Part shown: one piece after another, positions 21,486 through 30,991 of the stretch | How the letters are laid out: every line of letters starts with the position of its first letter | Numbering within the stretch: position 1 is the stretch's first letter | NCBI GenBank assembly: GCA_964595055.1 | Contig: CAZQOV010000002.1 | Location: 1 to 50,831, forward strand | From: an uncultured Bacteroidaceae bacterium | GTDB lineage: Bacteria; Bacteroidota; Bacteroidia; Bacteroidales; GCA-2748055 | Direction: 5' to 3' | Length of the DNA: 50,831 nucleotides | Program-made: the position numbers and the translations under genes | The notes under the pieces: generated by a model | The model's input: only the letters and a program-made list of their open reading frames with translations | What the model was told of the DNA's origin: nothing | Database searches by the model: none

Positions 21486-22832
21486 CTACAAAAACGAAGA
21501 AATATCCACTCCCCCAAGATTTCCCGATGACATTATAAGGATTACCGTATTTTCTTCCTTCAGCTTTTCCGCAACATCATTTTCCAGAACTTTTGGATCA
21601 GTGATGACTTTCAGTCCTGTTTTTTCAAAACTTTCATAAATAAACTGGGGATCAATTTCAGGAAGTTTTTTGTGTTTTACCACTTCAGGATTAAAAAAAA
21701 CGTATGCTTCATCAGCGGGTTCAAGGCTTCCTTTATACCGGGGGATGAATTCTTTGTTCAGGCTGCTGAATGTGTGAAGTTCCAGGAAGACAATTAATTT
21801 TTTTTCCGAATAGTTTTCTTTAAATCCTGCAACAGTTGCACTAACCTTGGATGGTGCATGCGCAAAATCCATGAACAGCATTTTGTTTTTATCCTCATAG
21901 ATCAGTTCCTGTCGTTTGGCCGCTCCACGAAAGCTTTCCATGCTTTGCATAAAGGCTGATGATTCTATACCCAGTGCCTGACAAATTTTGAGGGCTCCTG
22001 AAAGATTTTCAATGTTATATCTCCCGATAAGCCTGGTTTCGAGTGTCGTGCCCTTATGAATTATTTCCGTTCCTGAAGAAGTGATCCGGTAAGGAATTGC
22101 ATAATAGGGAAAGGCTTTTGCATGAAAATTTGCTTCTTTTATGATCCCGAAGAGTTCATTATCTCCTTCATAATAAAAGATTGTTCCGTCCGGATCAGTC
22201 ATTTTTACCAGTTCAGCAAATTGTTGTTTATATAATTCGTAATCGGGAAATACATTCATATGATCCCAGGCAATACCGGTAATGAGGGTAATATGTGGTT
22301 TGTAGTGTGCAAATTTGGGACGTGAATCAATGGGAGAACTCAGGTATTCATCTCCTTCGAATACCGCGATCTCCGAGTCTTTATGCAATCCAACCATGGT
22401 CTCGAATCCCTCAAGCTGAGATCCTACCATATAATCGAACGATATTTCCAGGTCTCTCAGCACATGCATTACCATGGACGTTATGGTGGTTTTCCCATGG
22501 CTTCCGGCAATTACTACGCGCTTTTTGTTTTTTGTTTGCTCATAAAGGTATTCGGGGAAGGAATATATTTTAATATTCAGCTCCTGTGCCCTTTTTAATT
22601 CGGGATTATTCTTTCTGGCATGCATTCCCAGAATTACTGCATCGGTTTCTTTGTTTATCTTTTCCGGAAACCAGCCCCATTCGGGTGGCAGTAGTCCGTA
22701 TCTATGCAGCCTGCTTTTTGAAGGATCGAAAATCTCATCATCGGAACCTGTTATTTCATAGCCTTTTTTGAACAAGGCAATCGCAAGATTGTGCATAACC
22801 GCACCACCAATAGCAATAAAGTGGATCTTCAT
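21486..22832 (-). CDS. mpl: UDP-N-acetylmuramate:L-alanyl-gamma-D-glutamyl-meso-diaminopimelate ligase (murein peptide ligase)
   Basis: A start at the ATG at 22832 gives MKIHFIAIGGAVMHNLAIAL, a MurC/Mpl-type N-terminus. The P-loop is AGSHGKTTITSM. Length (448 aa) and domain order are Mur-ligase-like. Confidence 0.85.
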   Translation of the reverse strand: MKIHFIAIGGAVMHNLAIALFKKGYEITGSDDEIFDPSKSRLHRYGLLPPEWGWFPEKINKETDAVILGMHARKNNPELKRAQELNIKIYSFPEYLYEQTKNKKRVVIAGSHGKTTITSMVMHVLRDLEISFDYMVGSQLEGFETMVGLHKDSEIAVFEGDEYLSSPIDSRPKFAHYKPHITLITGIAWDHMNVFPDYELYKQQFAELVKMTDPDGTIFYYEGDNELFGIIKEANFHAKAFPYYAIPYRITSSGTEIIHKGTTLETRLIGRYNIENLSGALKICQALGIESSAFMQSMESFRGAAKRQELIYEDKNKMLFMDFAHAPSKVSATVAGFKENYSEKKLIVFLELHTFSSLNKEFIPRYKGSLEPADEAYVFFNPEVVKHKKLPEIDPQFIYESFEKTGLKVITDPKVLENDVAEKLKEENTVILIMSSGNLGGVDISSFL

Positions 22833-22935
22833 AAAGCAAAAGTTTATAATGTTGGTACTTGCTAGTTGAATGTGCTGTATTTCTTGCAAAATTCAGCAAA
22901 AGGAGATTTTCTAAAAGGTCATTCAAAGTTAACTT

Positions 22936-23047
22936 ACACCGTTCACCGATCACCGATCACCGCTCACCGCTCACCCTTCACCGCTCACCGCTCACCGTTT
23001 ACCGTTTACCGTTTACCGTTCACCGTTCACCGCTCACCGTTCACCGT
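22936..23047. repeat. Tandem heptanucleotide array, 16 units of TCACCGN (minus strand NCGGTGA)
   Basis: Read directly: ACACCGT, TCACCGA x2, TCACCGC x2, TCACCCT, TCACCGC x2, TCACCGT, TTACCGT x3, TCACCGT, TCACCGC, TCACCGT x2. There are no spacers. The array overlaps the last 7 codons of the 23027..23431 gene and ends ~100 nt upstream of the mpl start. Confidence 0.95.
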
Positions 23048-23431
23048 ATCCTCCTCCAGCTTCTCAGCCTTCTTTTCCAGTTCTTTCAGTCTCTCTTTGG
23101 TGTTCATTTCATCCGGTTTGTCAGGAGTTACTTCAGGTGGGGAAATGATCAGGGTTTCAGTCTCTGTTTTTTGGGCAGCAGATATGGTCCATACCAGACT
23201 AAAAATGGCTCCAAGGATCGCAATGATAAGAATTGTGAGTGCCATTTGCCTGGGTCCGCCTGCCCTGCGGGCTTCGAAAAATGCTGCGAAGGCCAGTATA
23301 GCAGAAATAACGGCAATGATAGATCCCAGTATGGAATTATGCATGTAAAAAGTTATCAGAAAAGCCACTGCAAGCATTAACAAGCTTAGGATTGCGAGGC
23401 CGGAGCCCTGAGTAGAATTTTCTTTACGCAT
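23027..23431 (-). CDS. Hypothetical small membrane protein (three predicted TM helices plus a charged C-terminal tail)
   Basis: 134 aa with ATG start. Hydrophobic segments are LAILSLLMLAVAFLITF, ILGSIIAVISAILAFAAFF and LTILIIAILGAIFSLVW, followed by KERLKELEKKAEKLEED. The last codons and the TGA stop (DTVNGER*) are encoded by the heptamer array. Confidence 0.55.
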   Translation of the reverse strand: MRKENSTQGSGLAILSLLMLAVAFLITFYMHNSILGSIIAVISAILAFAAFFEARRAGGPRQMALTILIIAILGAIFSLVWTISAAQKTETETLIISPPEVTPDKPDEMNTKERLKELEKKAEKLEEDTVNGER

Positions 23432-23482
23432 AAATTAAGATTAACAAATTCTTTATATTCAGCTAATATAAAAAGAAATCCA

Positions 23483-25639
23483 TTATTCTTTTATGCTGGC
23501 TATCAGAATTTCCAGAATCTTTTTTGCAGCCACTGATATGGATGTTCCGGGACCAAAAATAGCCACAACACCGGCATTGTATAGGAAGTCATAATCCTGA
23601 GTGGGGATAACCCCCCCGGCAACAACCATAATATCCTCCCGGTCGAGTTTTTTAAGTTCTTCAATTACCTGGGGGATTAATGTTTTATGTCCTGCGGCCA
23701 GGCTGGAAACGCCCAGTACATGCACGTCATTTTCCACAGCCTGGCGGGCAGCTTCTGCAGGGGTTTGGAACAGAGGGCCAATATCCACATCAAAACCAAT
23801 ATCTGCATAACCGGTGGATACCACTTTTGCTCCACGATCATGTCCGTCCTGTCCCATTTTGGCGATCATAATCCTGGGTTGTCTTCCTTCAAGGGCAGCA
23901 AATTCTTCCGTGAGTTCCCTGGCTCTTTTAAAATTTGTATCCTGCGCCGATTCGGAAGAATAAACGCCCGAAATTGAGCGGATTACCGCTTTATACCTCC
24001 CACTTACTTTTTCAATTGCGTAAGAGATTTCTCCAAGGGTAGCTCTTTTCTTAGCTGCTTCGACCGATAACTCCAGGAGGTTTGCTTCACCGGTTTCTAC
24101 TGCTTTTGTTATTGCCTCAAGAGCATTATCCACCTCTGCCTGGTTCCTTTCTGCTTTGAGTTTATTGATCCTTTTAATCTGTGCTTCCCGAACGGCAGTG
24201 TTATCAACCTCAAGAATATCAATTGGATCTTCTTTGTTCAGCCTGAATTTATTAATACCCACAATGGTATCCTTTCGCGAATCAATTCTGGCCTGTTTTC
24301 TTGCGGCTGCTTCTTCAATTCTCATTTTTGGCAAGCCCGTTTCAATTGCTTTTGCCATCCCGCCAAGTTTTTCAACTTCTTCAATCAGCGTCCAGGCTTT
24401 TTCTGCAATCTCTTTGGTTAGGGTTTCTATGTAATACGATCCTGCCCATGGATCCACCGATTTTGTAATTCCGGTTTCTTCCTGAAGATAGATCTGTGTA
24501 TTTCTGGCAATCCTGGCTGAGAAATCTGTGGGGAGTGCTATAGCTTCATCCAGTGCATTGGTGTGAAGAGACTGGGTATGCCCCAGAGCTGCTGCCATGG
24601 CTTCCACACATGTTCTTGCTACATTGTTGAAGGGATCCTGCTCGGTCAAACTCCATCCTGAAGTCTGCGAGTGAGTCCTCAAAGCCATGGATTTCGGATT
24701 CTTAGGATTAAATTTCTTAACGATCTTTGCCCAAAGCATTCGTGCAGCACGCATCTTGGCGATTTCCATGAAGTGGTTCATCCCAATCGCCCAGAAAAAT
24801 GAAAGACGGGGGGCAAAGGCATCAATATCTATTCCTGCCTCGATTCCGGTACGGATGTATTCCAATCCGTCGGCAAGTGTATAGGCCAGTTCAATATCGG
24901 CAGTTGCTCCTGCTTCCTGCATGTGATAGCCGGAGATACTGATGCTGTTGAAACGGGGCATATTCTTCGAAGTGTATTCGAAAATGTCGGCAATAATCTT
25001 CATGGAGGTTTCAGGCGGATAAATATATGTATTCCTTACCATGAACTCCTTGAGAATATCATTTTGTATTGTACCTGTAAGCTCCCCGAGTTTTGCACCC
25101 TGCTCAAGAGCGGTAACAATATAGAAAGCCATAACCGGGAGCACAGCACCATTCATGGTCATCGATACCGACATTTTATTCAAAGGGATCTCATCAAAAA
25201 GGATCTTCATGTCAAGGATAGAGTCGATTGCTACACCGGCTTTGCCAACATCTCCCTCTACACGTTCATGGTCTGAATCGTAACCGCGATGGGTAGCAAG
25301 ATCAAAAGCAACCGATAGCCCTTTCTGTCCGGCAGCCAGGTTCCTTTTATAAAAAGCATTCGATTCTTCAGCTGTTGAGAATCCGGCATATTGTCTTATT
25401 GTCCACGGACGCATAACATACATGGTAGAGTAAGGACCTCTTAAAAAAGGAGGAAGACCTGCAGCATATTCGAGATGCTCCATATTCCTAAGGTCTTCTC
25501 GGGTATATACCGGTTTCACAAGAATATGTTCAGGGGTTTCCCAATCCTTTTCAATCAGGTTATCCTTTTCCCATTGTTTGATATCTTTTTTTTCAGGTGC
25601 TCCTGATTTGAAATTTATATTTTTAAAATCTGGCTTCAT
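23483..25639 (-). CDS. mutB: Methylmalonyl-CoA mutase large (alpha, catalytic, B12-binding) subunit
   Basis: The TIM-barrel core includes [30 protein letters not shown] and GLSVAFDL. The C-terminal cobalamin domain carries D-x-H-x-x-G as [12 protein letters not shown]. The start at ATG 25639 ([10 protein letters not shown]) sits 13 nt after the mutA stop. An upstream ATG at 25675 would overlap mutA. Confidence 0.95.
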   Translation of the reverse strand: MKPDFKNINFKSGAPEKKDIKQWEKDNLIEKDWETPEHILVKPVYTREDLRNMEHLEYAAGLPPFLRGPYSTMYVMRPWTIRQYAGFSTAEESNAFYKRNLAAGQKGLSVAFDLATHRGYDSDHERVEGDVGKAGVAIDSILDMKILFDEIPLNKMSVSMTMNGAVLPVMAFYIVTALEQGAKLGELTGTIQNDILKEFMVRNTYIYPPETSMKIIADIFEYTSKNMPRFNSISISGYHMQEAGATADIELAYTLADGLEYIRTGIEAGIDIDAFAPRLSFFWAIGMNHFMEIAKMRAARMLWAKIVKKFNPKNPKSMALRTHSQTSGWSLTEQDPFNNVARTCVEAMAAALGHTQSLHTNALDEAIALPTDFSARIARNTQIYLQEETGITKSVDPWAGSYYIETLTKEIAEKAWTLIEEVEKLGGMAKAIETGLPKMRIEEAAARKQARIDSRKDTIVGINKFRLNKEDPIDILEVDNTAVREAQIKRINKLKAERNQAEVDNALEAITKAVETGEANLLELSVEAAKKRATLGEISYAIEKVSGRYKAVIRSISGVYSSESAQDTNFKRARELTEEFAALEGRQPRIMIAKMGQDGHDRGAKVVSTGYADIGFDVDIGPLFQTPAEAARQAVENDVHVLGVSSLAAGHKTLIPQVIEELKKLDREDIMVVAGGVIPTQDYDFLYNAGVVAIFGPGTSISVAAKKILEILIASIKE

Positions 25640-25652
25640 GATTTCTTCTTTT

Positions 25653-27518
25653 TTACTTGATTCCCAATTTGGCATTAAAAGCTTTCAATTCTTTCAGTAC
25701 ATTCGATTTTACATGAATGAAATGTTCAATGCCTTCCGCTTTGAGCTTTTCAATGTCATCTTTCGGATAACCGGCAACGACCAGGATTGCATCTTTACTT
25801 ATTTTAACGGCCTGGTCGACCATTGCCGTGTATTCTTCATCGCTACTGCATAGGACAATGATATCAGCATTTGCACCTTTTGCAGCTTTCATGCCTTCTT
25901 CAACACTTTCAAAACCTATATTGTCAATGATATTATAACCTGCGCAGGCAAAGAATCCGGATGCAAATCCTGCTCGTGCTTTTCTCCATGTCGGATTGCC
26001 ATAGGTAAGAAGAAAAACTACAGGAATATTGCCAGATCTTTCAACCTTTAACCTGAGATCTTCGAAAGCCATTGCCCCCCTGTATCTTTCAAATTTTTCT
26101 ACCCCATTGGCACCTTTTTCTTCATTGGTATCGAAAGCGATCTGGGGCTTAAAATCCTCGTGAATGACCTCAGTTGAATTGGGATACCGGTTTGTACCAA
26201 GCAGGACTTCACGACCTGTGGCAATGTCCATATCTCTTTGTCTTGCCGTCTCCTTCAACATATTCTGTATATAACCTTTTTTCATGGCTTCGGTGTACCC
26301 TCCATGTTCCTCTATTTCCAGGAATATTTTCCATGCTTCTTCGGCTACTGAATTTGTCAAATTTTCAATATAGTAGGAGCCTCCAGCCGGATCTACCACT
26401 TTGTTAAGATGTGCTTCTTCTTTTAGTATAATCTGGGTATTCCTGGCTATCCGCTCTGAAAACTCAACCGTTTCCCGGAATGGTTTGTCAAAAGGAACAA
26501 CGGTCAGGGAATTGGTTCCTCCAAGTGCTGCCGACATACTTTCTGTTGTGGCACGCAGCATGTTTACGTATGGGTCATAAATGGTCTGGTTCCATTCAGA
26601 TGTGGTATTATGAATATAAACCCTGAAGGAGCGTTCTTTATCCGGTTCCCAGGAACGAATCAAATGGGCGAAGAGCATCCTTGCTGCCCTGTTTTTAGCT
26701 ATTTCCATGAAATAGGATGAGCCAGTGGCAAAATTAAACTGGAACAGGGGGGCTATTTCATCAATTGAGAAACCCTTCTCTGTGAGCCTGTCTGCATATT
26801 CAGCAACCTGCGAAAGTGATACCCCCAGCTCCTGAATAACAGATCCACCAGCATTATGCACATATTCACCATTGATGGTAAGTAGTTTTAAAAACGGCAA
26901 TATTGTAAGTGTTTTAGGTATAGTTTTGGCAATTAGTTTTATTTCATCCTCCAGTATGTTTTGAAATTTGCCGTTTTGATTAAGGTATCCGAGTGGATCC
27001 ATGCTGACAGATCCCATGATCCGTTCACCTTCAATATTTTTCTCTTCCACAACGGCAAGAAGATAGTTGATAATGGCCGTTGAATTTTTTGAGGTGATAA
27101 AGTGAACATATATACACTCGAAAAAGATTCCTTCCAATAGCTGATCAAAATCGAGCCTGGTAAATTCCAGTTCATCGGGAATTATAAAAGCAAGGGCAGT
27201 AGCACCTCTGTTAAGAGCATGACGAGCTTTTTTATTGGCTTTTTCAGTAGTTTTTACCACTATATCTTCCCTTATCTCCCAATCGTTAAGTTGTATTTTA
27301 TTCGAACGGGTATAAGGAAATTCATTGGGAAGTGAATCCAGGTATTCAAGACCTTTTATATCTTCACTATGATAATAGGGGCGGATGTCAATGCCTTCCT
27401 TGGTTGTCGTTATCAGTTTCTTGTAAGGTGCACCTTTAAGGTCCTGCTGTATTTTATCTTCCCACTCCTGCTTCGAAACAGGAGGAAATTCCCCGAAAAG
27501 CTTCTTTGCGTTGTTCAT
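25653..27518 (-). CDS. mutA: Methylmalonyl-CoA mutase small (beta) subunit
   Basis: It has mutase-family core motifs ([41 protein letters not shown]). The C-terminal domain lacks the D-x-H-x-x-G histidine. It lies directly upstream of mutB. The track start at 27545 is TTG, and the first ATG is at 27518 ([13 protein letters not shown]). Confidence 0.88.
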   Translation of the reverse strand: MNNAKKLFGEFPPVSKQEWEDKIQQDLKGAPYKKLITTTKEGIDIRPYYHSEDIKGLEYLDSLPNEFPYTRSNKIQLNDWEIREDIVVKTTEKANKKARHALNRGATALAFIIPDELEFTRLDFDQLLEGIFFECIYVHFITSKNSTAIINYLLAVVEEKNIEGERIMGSVSMDPLGYLNQNGKFQNILEDEIKLIAKTIPKTLTILPFLKLLTINGEYVHNAGGSVIQELGVSLSQVAEYADRLTEKGFSIDEIAPLFQFNFATGSSYFMEIAKNRAARMLFAHLIRSWEPDKERSFRVYIHNTTSEWNQTIYDPYVNMLRATTESMSAALGGTNSLTVVPFDKPFRETVEFSERIARNTQIILKEEAHLNKVVDPAGGSYYIENLTNSVAEEAWKIFLEIEEHGGYTEAMKKGYIQNMLKETARQRDMDIATGREVLLGTNRYPNSTEVIHEDFKPQIAFDTNEEKGANGVEKFERYRGAMAFEDLRLKVERSGNIPVVFLLTYGNPTWRKARAGFASGFFACAGYNIIDNIGFESVEEGMKAAKGANADIIVLCSSDEEYTAMVDQAVKISKDAILVVAGYPKDDIEKLKAEGIEHFIHVKSNVLKELKAFNAKLGIK

Positions 27519-27793
27519 AATCCTATGCTTTATTTGAAACTGCAAAGAAAATGAATTTCAGGGAAATGGGGAAATGATATTTGTCAAATGTGCAAGGAAT
27601 ATTTGGGGAGAGCCATACCCGAGGTGTCCGGAACGGTTGTTTCTGCAGTCTCGCCAATTAATCTTATACCTGAAAGTTTTGAAACCTCATGAATCAAACC
27701 CTGAATTTTGAAATGTCACTTAAGGTTTACCGCTTTCTCAACACAGGTAATACAGGTTAAAATTAAGGTCACAAACAATCACCGTCACAGCGC

Positions 27794-28804
27794 TCATTCC
27801 TCTTCCTCCTCTTCCTCTTCTTCTGTATCAACATTAAGCGACATTAACTGATATCCCCTGGTGGAAATCGAACTGGGCTTATTCTCATTTACTTCCTTGA
27901 CCAGCATGTAGGTTCTTTCTCCTGTGTTTTTATCCGTCTGGTCCATTTCCATCACAAATCCTCCATAATAAGCGGCTGTAGCAGCAGAAAATACATTGGA
28001 TGTGACCATTCTGGCCCAGAGGTCTGGTGAGATTTCATGAGTCATCCATACTGTACCTTCATCCTCCTCATCTTCATAACGGTACTCATCGCATTTATAA
28101 CCCGCAATCTTTTTGGTTTTTCCTGTTTTTTTAAGGTTCTCATTGTAAATGCTGTAGTCTTCTATCTTCTCAATTTCTTCTTCCTCCTGATCTTCCCATG
28201 AACTTTCATCAACTGAATCAATCGCATAACTGGTTACAATTCCGGTTTTTTCTTTACCGTTGTCCGTGAGTATTAGCATTGCTCCATTTTTTGTGTCAAA
28301 GATCATGGTTGAACTTGCATTGTCCTGATAAAATTCCATAGCAAAACCCGAATAGGTTTTGGAATAATGAGTGGTATAATTCATCTCACCTTCGGTCTCT
28401 CCGCTTTGATCCCAGCTTTGAACGGTCATCAGTATGTTTCCCTGATAATCATAATTTTCCTGAACATTGGCAGGAGCCATGTTTAAGCCCATTTTTTTCA
28501 TCATCGCCGCAGCCATAGCATCGGAAGGATCTGCTACTGTTTTTTTATCTTCGGTGGAGCTTGCACGGTCTTCCGAATTTTCGCTTTCTTCTTCACTTCC
28601 AAACATATCCTCAAACACATTTTCGACTCCTTTATCCACCTGTTTATTCATTTCATCTGTAATTTCCTCGTCAGCCTTCTGGGCAGCACGATTTGTTGCC
28701 TGTTTCATTTTTTTCTCCAGGAATCTTCCAACGGGCTGAGCATTGGTTTCGAAAAAAAATGAGGCAATAAACACCATAATGATAATAAAACTTAGCTTTT
28801 TCAT
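27794..28804 (-). CDS. Secreted, highly acidic hypothetical protein with a C-terminal Glu9 tail
   Basis: 336 aa with signal peptide MKKLSFIIIMVFIASFFFETNAQ. It has multiple Asp/Glu runs (EEESENSEDR, QEEEEIEKIED, EDEEDEG) and ends in TEEEEEEEEE. No recognisable catalytic motif. Confidence 0.6.
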   Translation of the reverse strand: MKKLSFIIIMVFIASFFFETNAQPVGRFLEKKMKQATNRAAQKADEEITDEMNKQVDKGVENVFEDMFGSEEESENSEDRASSTEDKKTVADPSDAMAAAMMKKMGLNMAPANVQENYDYQGNILMTVQSWDQSGETEGEMNYTTHYSKTYSGFAMEFYQDNASSTMIFDTKNGAMLILTDNGKEKTGIVTSYAIDSVDESSWEDQEEEEIEKIEDYSIYNENLKKTGKTKKIAGYKCDEYRYEDEEDEGTVWMTHEISPDLWARMVTSNVFSAATAAYYGGFVMEMDQTDKNTGERTYMLVKEVNENKPSSISTRGYQLMSLNVDTEEEEEEEEE

Positions 28805-28827
28805 GATTTTGGTTATTTAGTTTCAAT

Positions 28828-28835
28828 CAAAATTA
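28828..28835 (-). promoter_or_regulatory. Candidate -7 promoter box (TAATTTTG on the minus strand) for the acidic-protein gene
   Basis: The reverse complement of CAAAATTA (28828-28835) is TAATTTTG, which matches TAnnTTTG. It lies 24-31 nt upstream of the ATG at 28804. Confidence 0.35.
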
Positions 28836-29037
28836 TGAAAAATTATGTTTCCATTCCATATCTAATGCCGGGTTTTGATAAATAATTAACCTATGAGGAT
28901 GAAAAAAAGGATGTACTCTATAAAGGTTAATCCTGATTTTTTTAAAAAGGTTGTTTTTAGCTTTGGGCCGGTGTAATTTTGATCAGCTTAAAGGATGTGT
29001 GAGAAATCGGAAGCTTAAATAATAACCCTGATAATAA

Positions 29038-29325
29038 TGGCTGAAAAAGACTTTAATTCTGACCATTGCGGATTACGCAAGAAAGCTGATCAAAAACCCA
29101 AATCCCTTAGAGCAAGGCTATGGCGGTGGCACACGAAGTGGTGTCCGGGATGAATCCAAAGGGATTGCGATTTTCTCCATCGATGGGAGAGTAGTTTACA
29201 GCGGACTTATACAGGAGGAAAAGTTGAGGACGACATTTGATGTATCCTATTTGGAAACCGGAACCTATATCATCGCCATTACAGGAAAAGAGATTAACTT
29301 TAGAGCTTCTTTTGTAAAACAATAA
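29038..29325 (+). pseudogene. Orphan T9SS C-terminal sorting domain (Por secretion tail) without passenger domain or start codon
   Basis: This frame is open for 95 codons. Its only ATG/GTG/TTG is a TTG at 29224, 34 codons before the stop. The translation ..LIKNPNPLEQ..GIAIFSIDGRVVYSGLIQEEKLRTTFDVSYLETGTYIIAITGKEINFRASFVKQ* follows the type A CTD pattern ((Y)PNP, then v.iyd..Gr.v, then l..G.Y.i, then a basic/aromatic end). Four stop codons lie in the 19 nt immediately upstream. Confidence 0.55.
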
Positions 29326-29403
29326 CAGCTTATTCGGAACGAAGTATTTTCACGGACCCTGCTAATAAGTCCCGGGATATTTATCGGAGAAAACAAAGTG
29401 CAT

Positions 29404-29823
29404 TTATCTCGAATAAAGGGCGTAATATTCGACTTCCATACTTGCATCATCTACGGTATAGATCATCTTTACCTCATTTAGACCATTGTTAACGGTCCCT
29501 TCACCATGAATATAGAGGTTTGAGATAAGCTGGTTTTCAATGAGAAGAACAGAATCATTTTGCCGATTTGCATAAATAAACTCCGCATTTCCCTGGTTAT
29601 GAAAATTGGATATGATAAAGAGATTTTCCTGATCATTTACCTGATCTATTTCAACAATATACTTTCGATGGCCAGTGTATGGTGAGTTTTCCTCACAGCG
29701 ATAAATACCCTCCAGGCTTTCATAGGTTTTTTCTGTTTTTTCTTCCTCACAGGAAATGGAGAAAAAAAGAAGAAACAGCAGAACAATGTTAGAAATTTTC
29801 TGTTTTCTCAATCCCTTTCTCAT
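29404..29823 (-). CDS. Hypothetical small lipoprotein, last gene of the minus-strand arm of the 29.4-36.6 kb locus
   Basis: The track start (29892) is GTG. The ATG at 29823 gives MRKGLRKQKISNIVLLFLLFFSISCEEEK, a signal peptide with a Cys and an acidic linker. It overlaps the 3' end of the MORN-repeat gene by 35 nt. Confidence 0.5.
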   Translation of the reverse strand: MRKGLRKQKISNIVLLFLLFFSISCEEEKTEKTYESLEGIYRCEENSPYTGHRKYIVEIDQVNDQENLFIISNFHNQGNAEFIYANRQNDSVLLIENQLISNLYIHGEGTVNNGLNEVKMIYTVDDASMEVEYYALYSR

Positions 29824-30991
29824 AATGTTTTTTTTCAACGCTAATACCTTCTTTATTAAATGCTTCGGCAAGTCCGTCTCTTTTTCCTTCACAATATCGA
29901 ATTATACTCATCTTTTCTCCGGTTTCATAATAGGTGATCCATTCTCCTTGTTTAAGATCGTTCTTATATTGACCCATATTTTTTATGGCTCCTGACCCGT
30001 AATAAACTGTAAATATGCCTTCTGCTTTACCATTCTGATAATCTCCTTTTTGTTTCACATTCCCGTTTTGATGATAAATGAGCCATTCTCCTTGGAATGT
30101 GTTGTTTTTGTATTTACCCTTTGTATAAACAGATCCATCAGGATAATAACTTTCCCAGATCCCGGACTTTTTCCCTTTATGGTACTCTCCTTTTTCCATT
30201 ATTGCCCCTTTTTTCTTTGGTTCTCCGCCCTTAAAATATTTGACATAGCTTCCATTAAGGGTGTCATTGGTATAAAAACATTCCAGTGAAATTGAACCAT
30301 CGGGATAATAGCCGGTCAGTTTTCCATTCAACATCGAATTTTTATAGAAACATTCCTTCTGGGGAGCACCATTTTCGTATTCCTTATAATAGCTGATGAA
30401 ATGATTCGTGTAGTGGCCGTTTTCCTTTTCCGACCTTTCTCTGATTTTTCCATTTTCGTAATAAATCTCCTGGGGTCCGTGTTCAGAGCCCTTAAGATAG
30501 TTTTTTACATACCTGAGTTTTCCATCCTCAAACCATGCCTTAACAGATCCACAAATCTGTCCGTTTTTGTAGGAAATGCTTTCATTCAGATTTCCGTTAG
30601 TATGATAAATATGTGTAATTCCATGCAGTACATCGTTGGAATATTCCGCTTCCTGATAAAGGCTGCCGTCGGGATAGTAATATTTCAGTGTACCGTTCAA
30701 TTTTCCGTTGTCATATGGAAGGTGCTGTTTTAATGTACCCTCCGGATAGTAATCCAACCATGTTCCGTCGAGTTTATCATTCAAAAACTCACCTTTTTGC
30801 CATATGGAACCATTGGGGTGATAGATGATATAACTCCCTTCCCTGACTGTGTCCATACCGTTAATGATTACCTGGTACTTTTCACGGGTTGCATTTTCCT
30901 TATTTTCATAATGGGTTATGATCCAGTCCTGCGAATCAAGACGGAAGGGCAGAAGGACAAATAATAGTAGAAAAGAATAGCACAATTTCAT
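29789..30991 (-). CDS. MORN-variant-repeat protein (the family often auto-annotated as 'YwqK antitoxin'), exported
   Basis: 400 aa with N-terminal signal peptide MKLCYSFLLLFVLLPFRLDSQ. It contains more than 12 tandem ~23-aa repeats of the type YY.nG.l..e..y.nGk.hG (for example YYPDGSLYQEAEYSNDVLHG and YYPDGSVYTKGKYKNNTFQG). Its ATG overlaps the upstream stop (ATGA at 30988-30991). Confidence 0.8.
   Translation of the reverse strand: MKLCYSFLLLFVLLPFRLDSQDWIITHYENKENATREKYQVIINGMDTVREGSYIIYHPNGSIWQKGEFLNDKLDGTWLDYYPEGTLKQHLPYDNGKLNGTLKYYYPDGSLYQEAEYSNDVLHGITHIYHTNGNLNESISYKNGQICGSVKAWFEDGKLRYVKNYLKGSEHGPQEIYYENGKIRERSEKENGHYTNHFISYYKEYENGAPQKECFYKNSMLNGKLTGYYPDGSISLECFYTNDTLNGSYVKYFKGGEPKKKGAIMEKGEYHKGKKSGIWESYYPDGSVYTKGKYKNNTFQGEWLIYHQNGNVKQKGDYQNGKAEGIFTVYYGSGAIKNMGQYKNDLKQGEWITYYETGEKMSIIRYCEGKRDGLAEAFNKEGISVEKKHYEKGIEKTENF

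Noticed and set aside
22936-23047. Possible CRISPR array.
   Set aside because: The units are 7 bp and contiguous, with no spacers. No cas genes are present in the window.
22859-23380. Two long plus-strand ORFs (173 and 160 aa) with striking HRSPLTV/HRSPFTV peptide repeats.
   Set aside because: The repeats are just the stop-free translation of the heptamer array. The rest of both ORFs is antisense to the membrane-protein gene 23027..23431, which has clear TM helices and an ATG start.
27546-27793. Possible cobalamin riboswitch upstream of mutA.
   Set aside because: I could not find the conserved B12-box (GCCACTG-like core) or the GGTGAAA.CC element on the minus strand. mutAB are not typical riboswitch targets.
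29037-29153. 38-codon ATG ORF (MAEKDFNSDHCGLRKKADQKPKSLRARLWRWHTKWCPG*) overlapping the T9SS CTD relic in another frame.
   Set aside because: It is too short and I cannot place it in a family with confidence. It may be another fragment of the same decayed region, and it is mentioned under the CTD-relic finding only.
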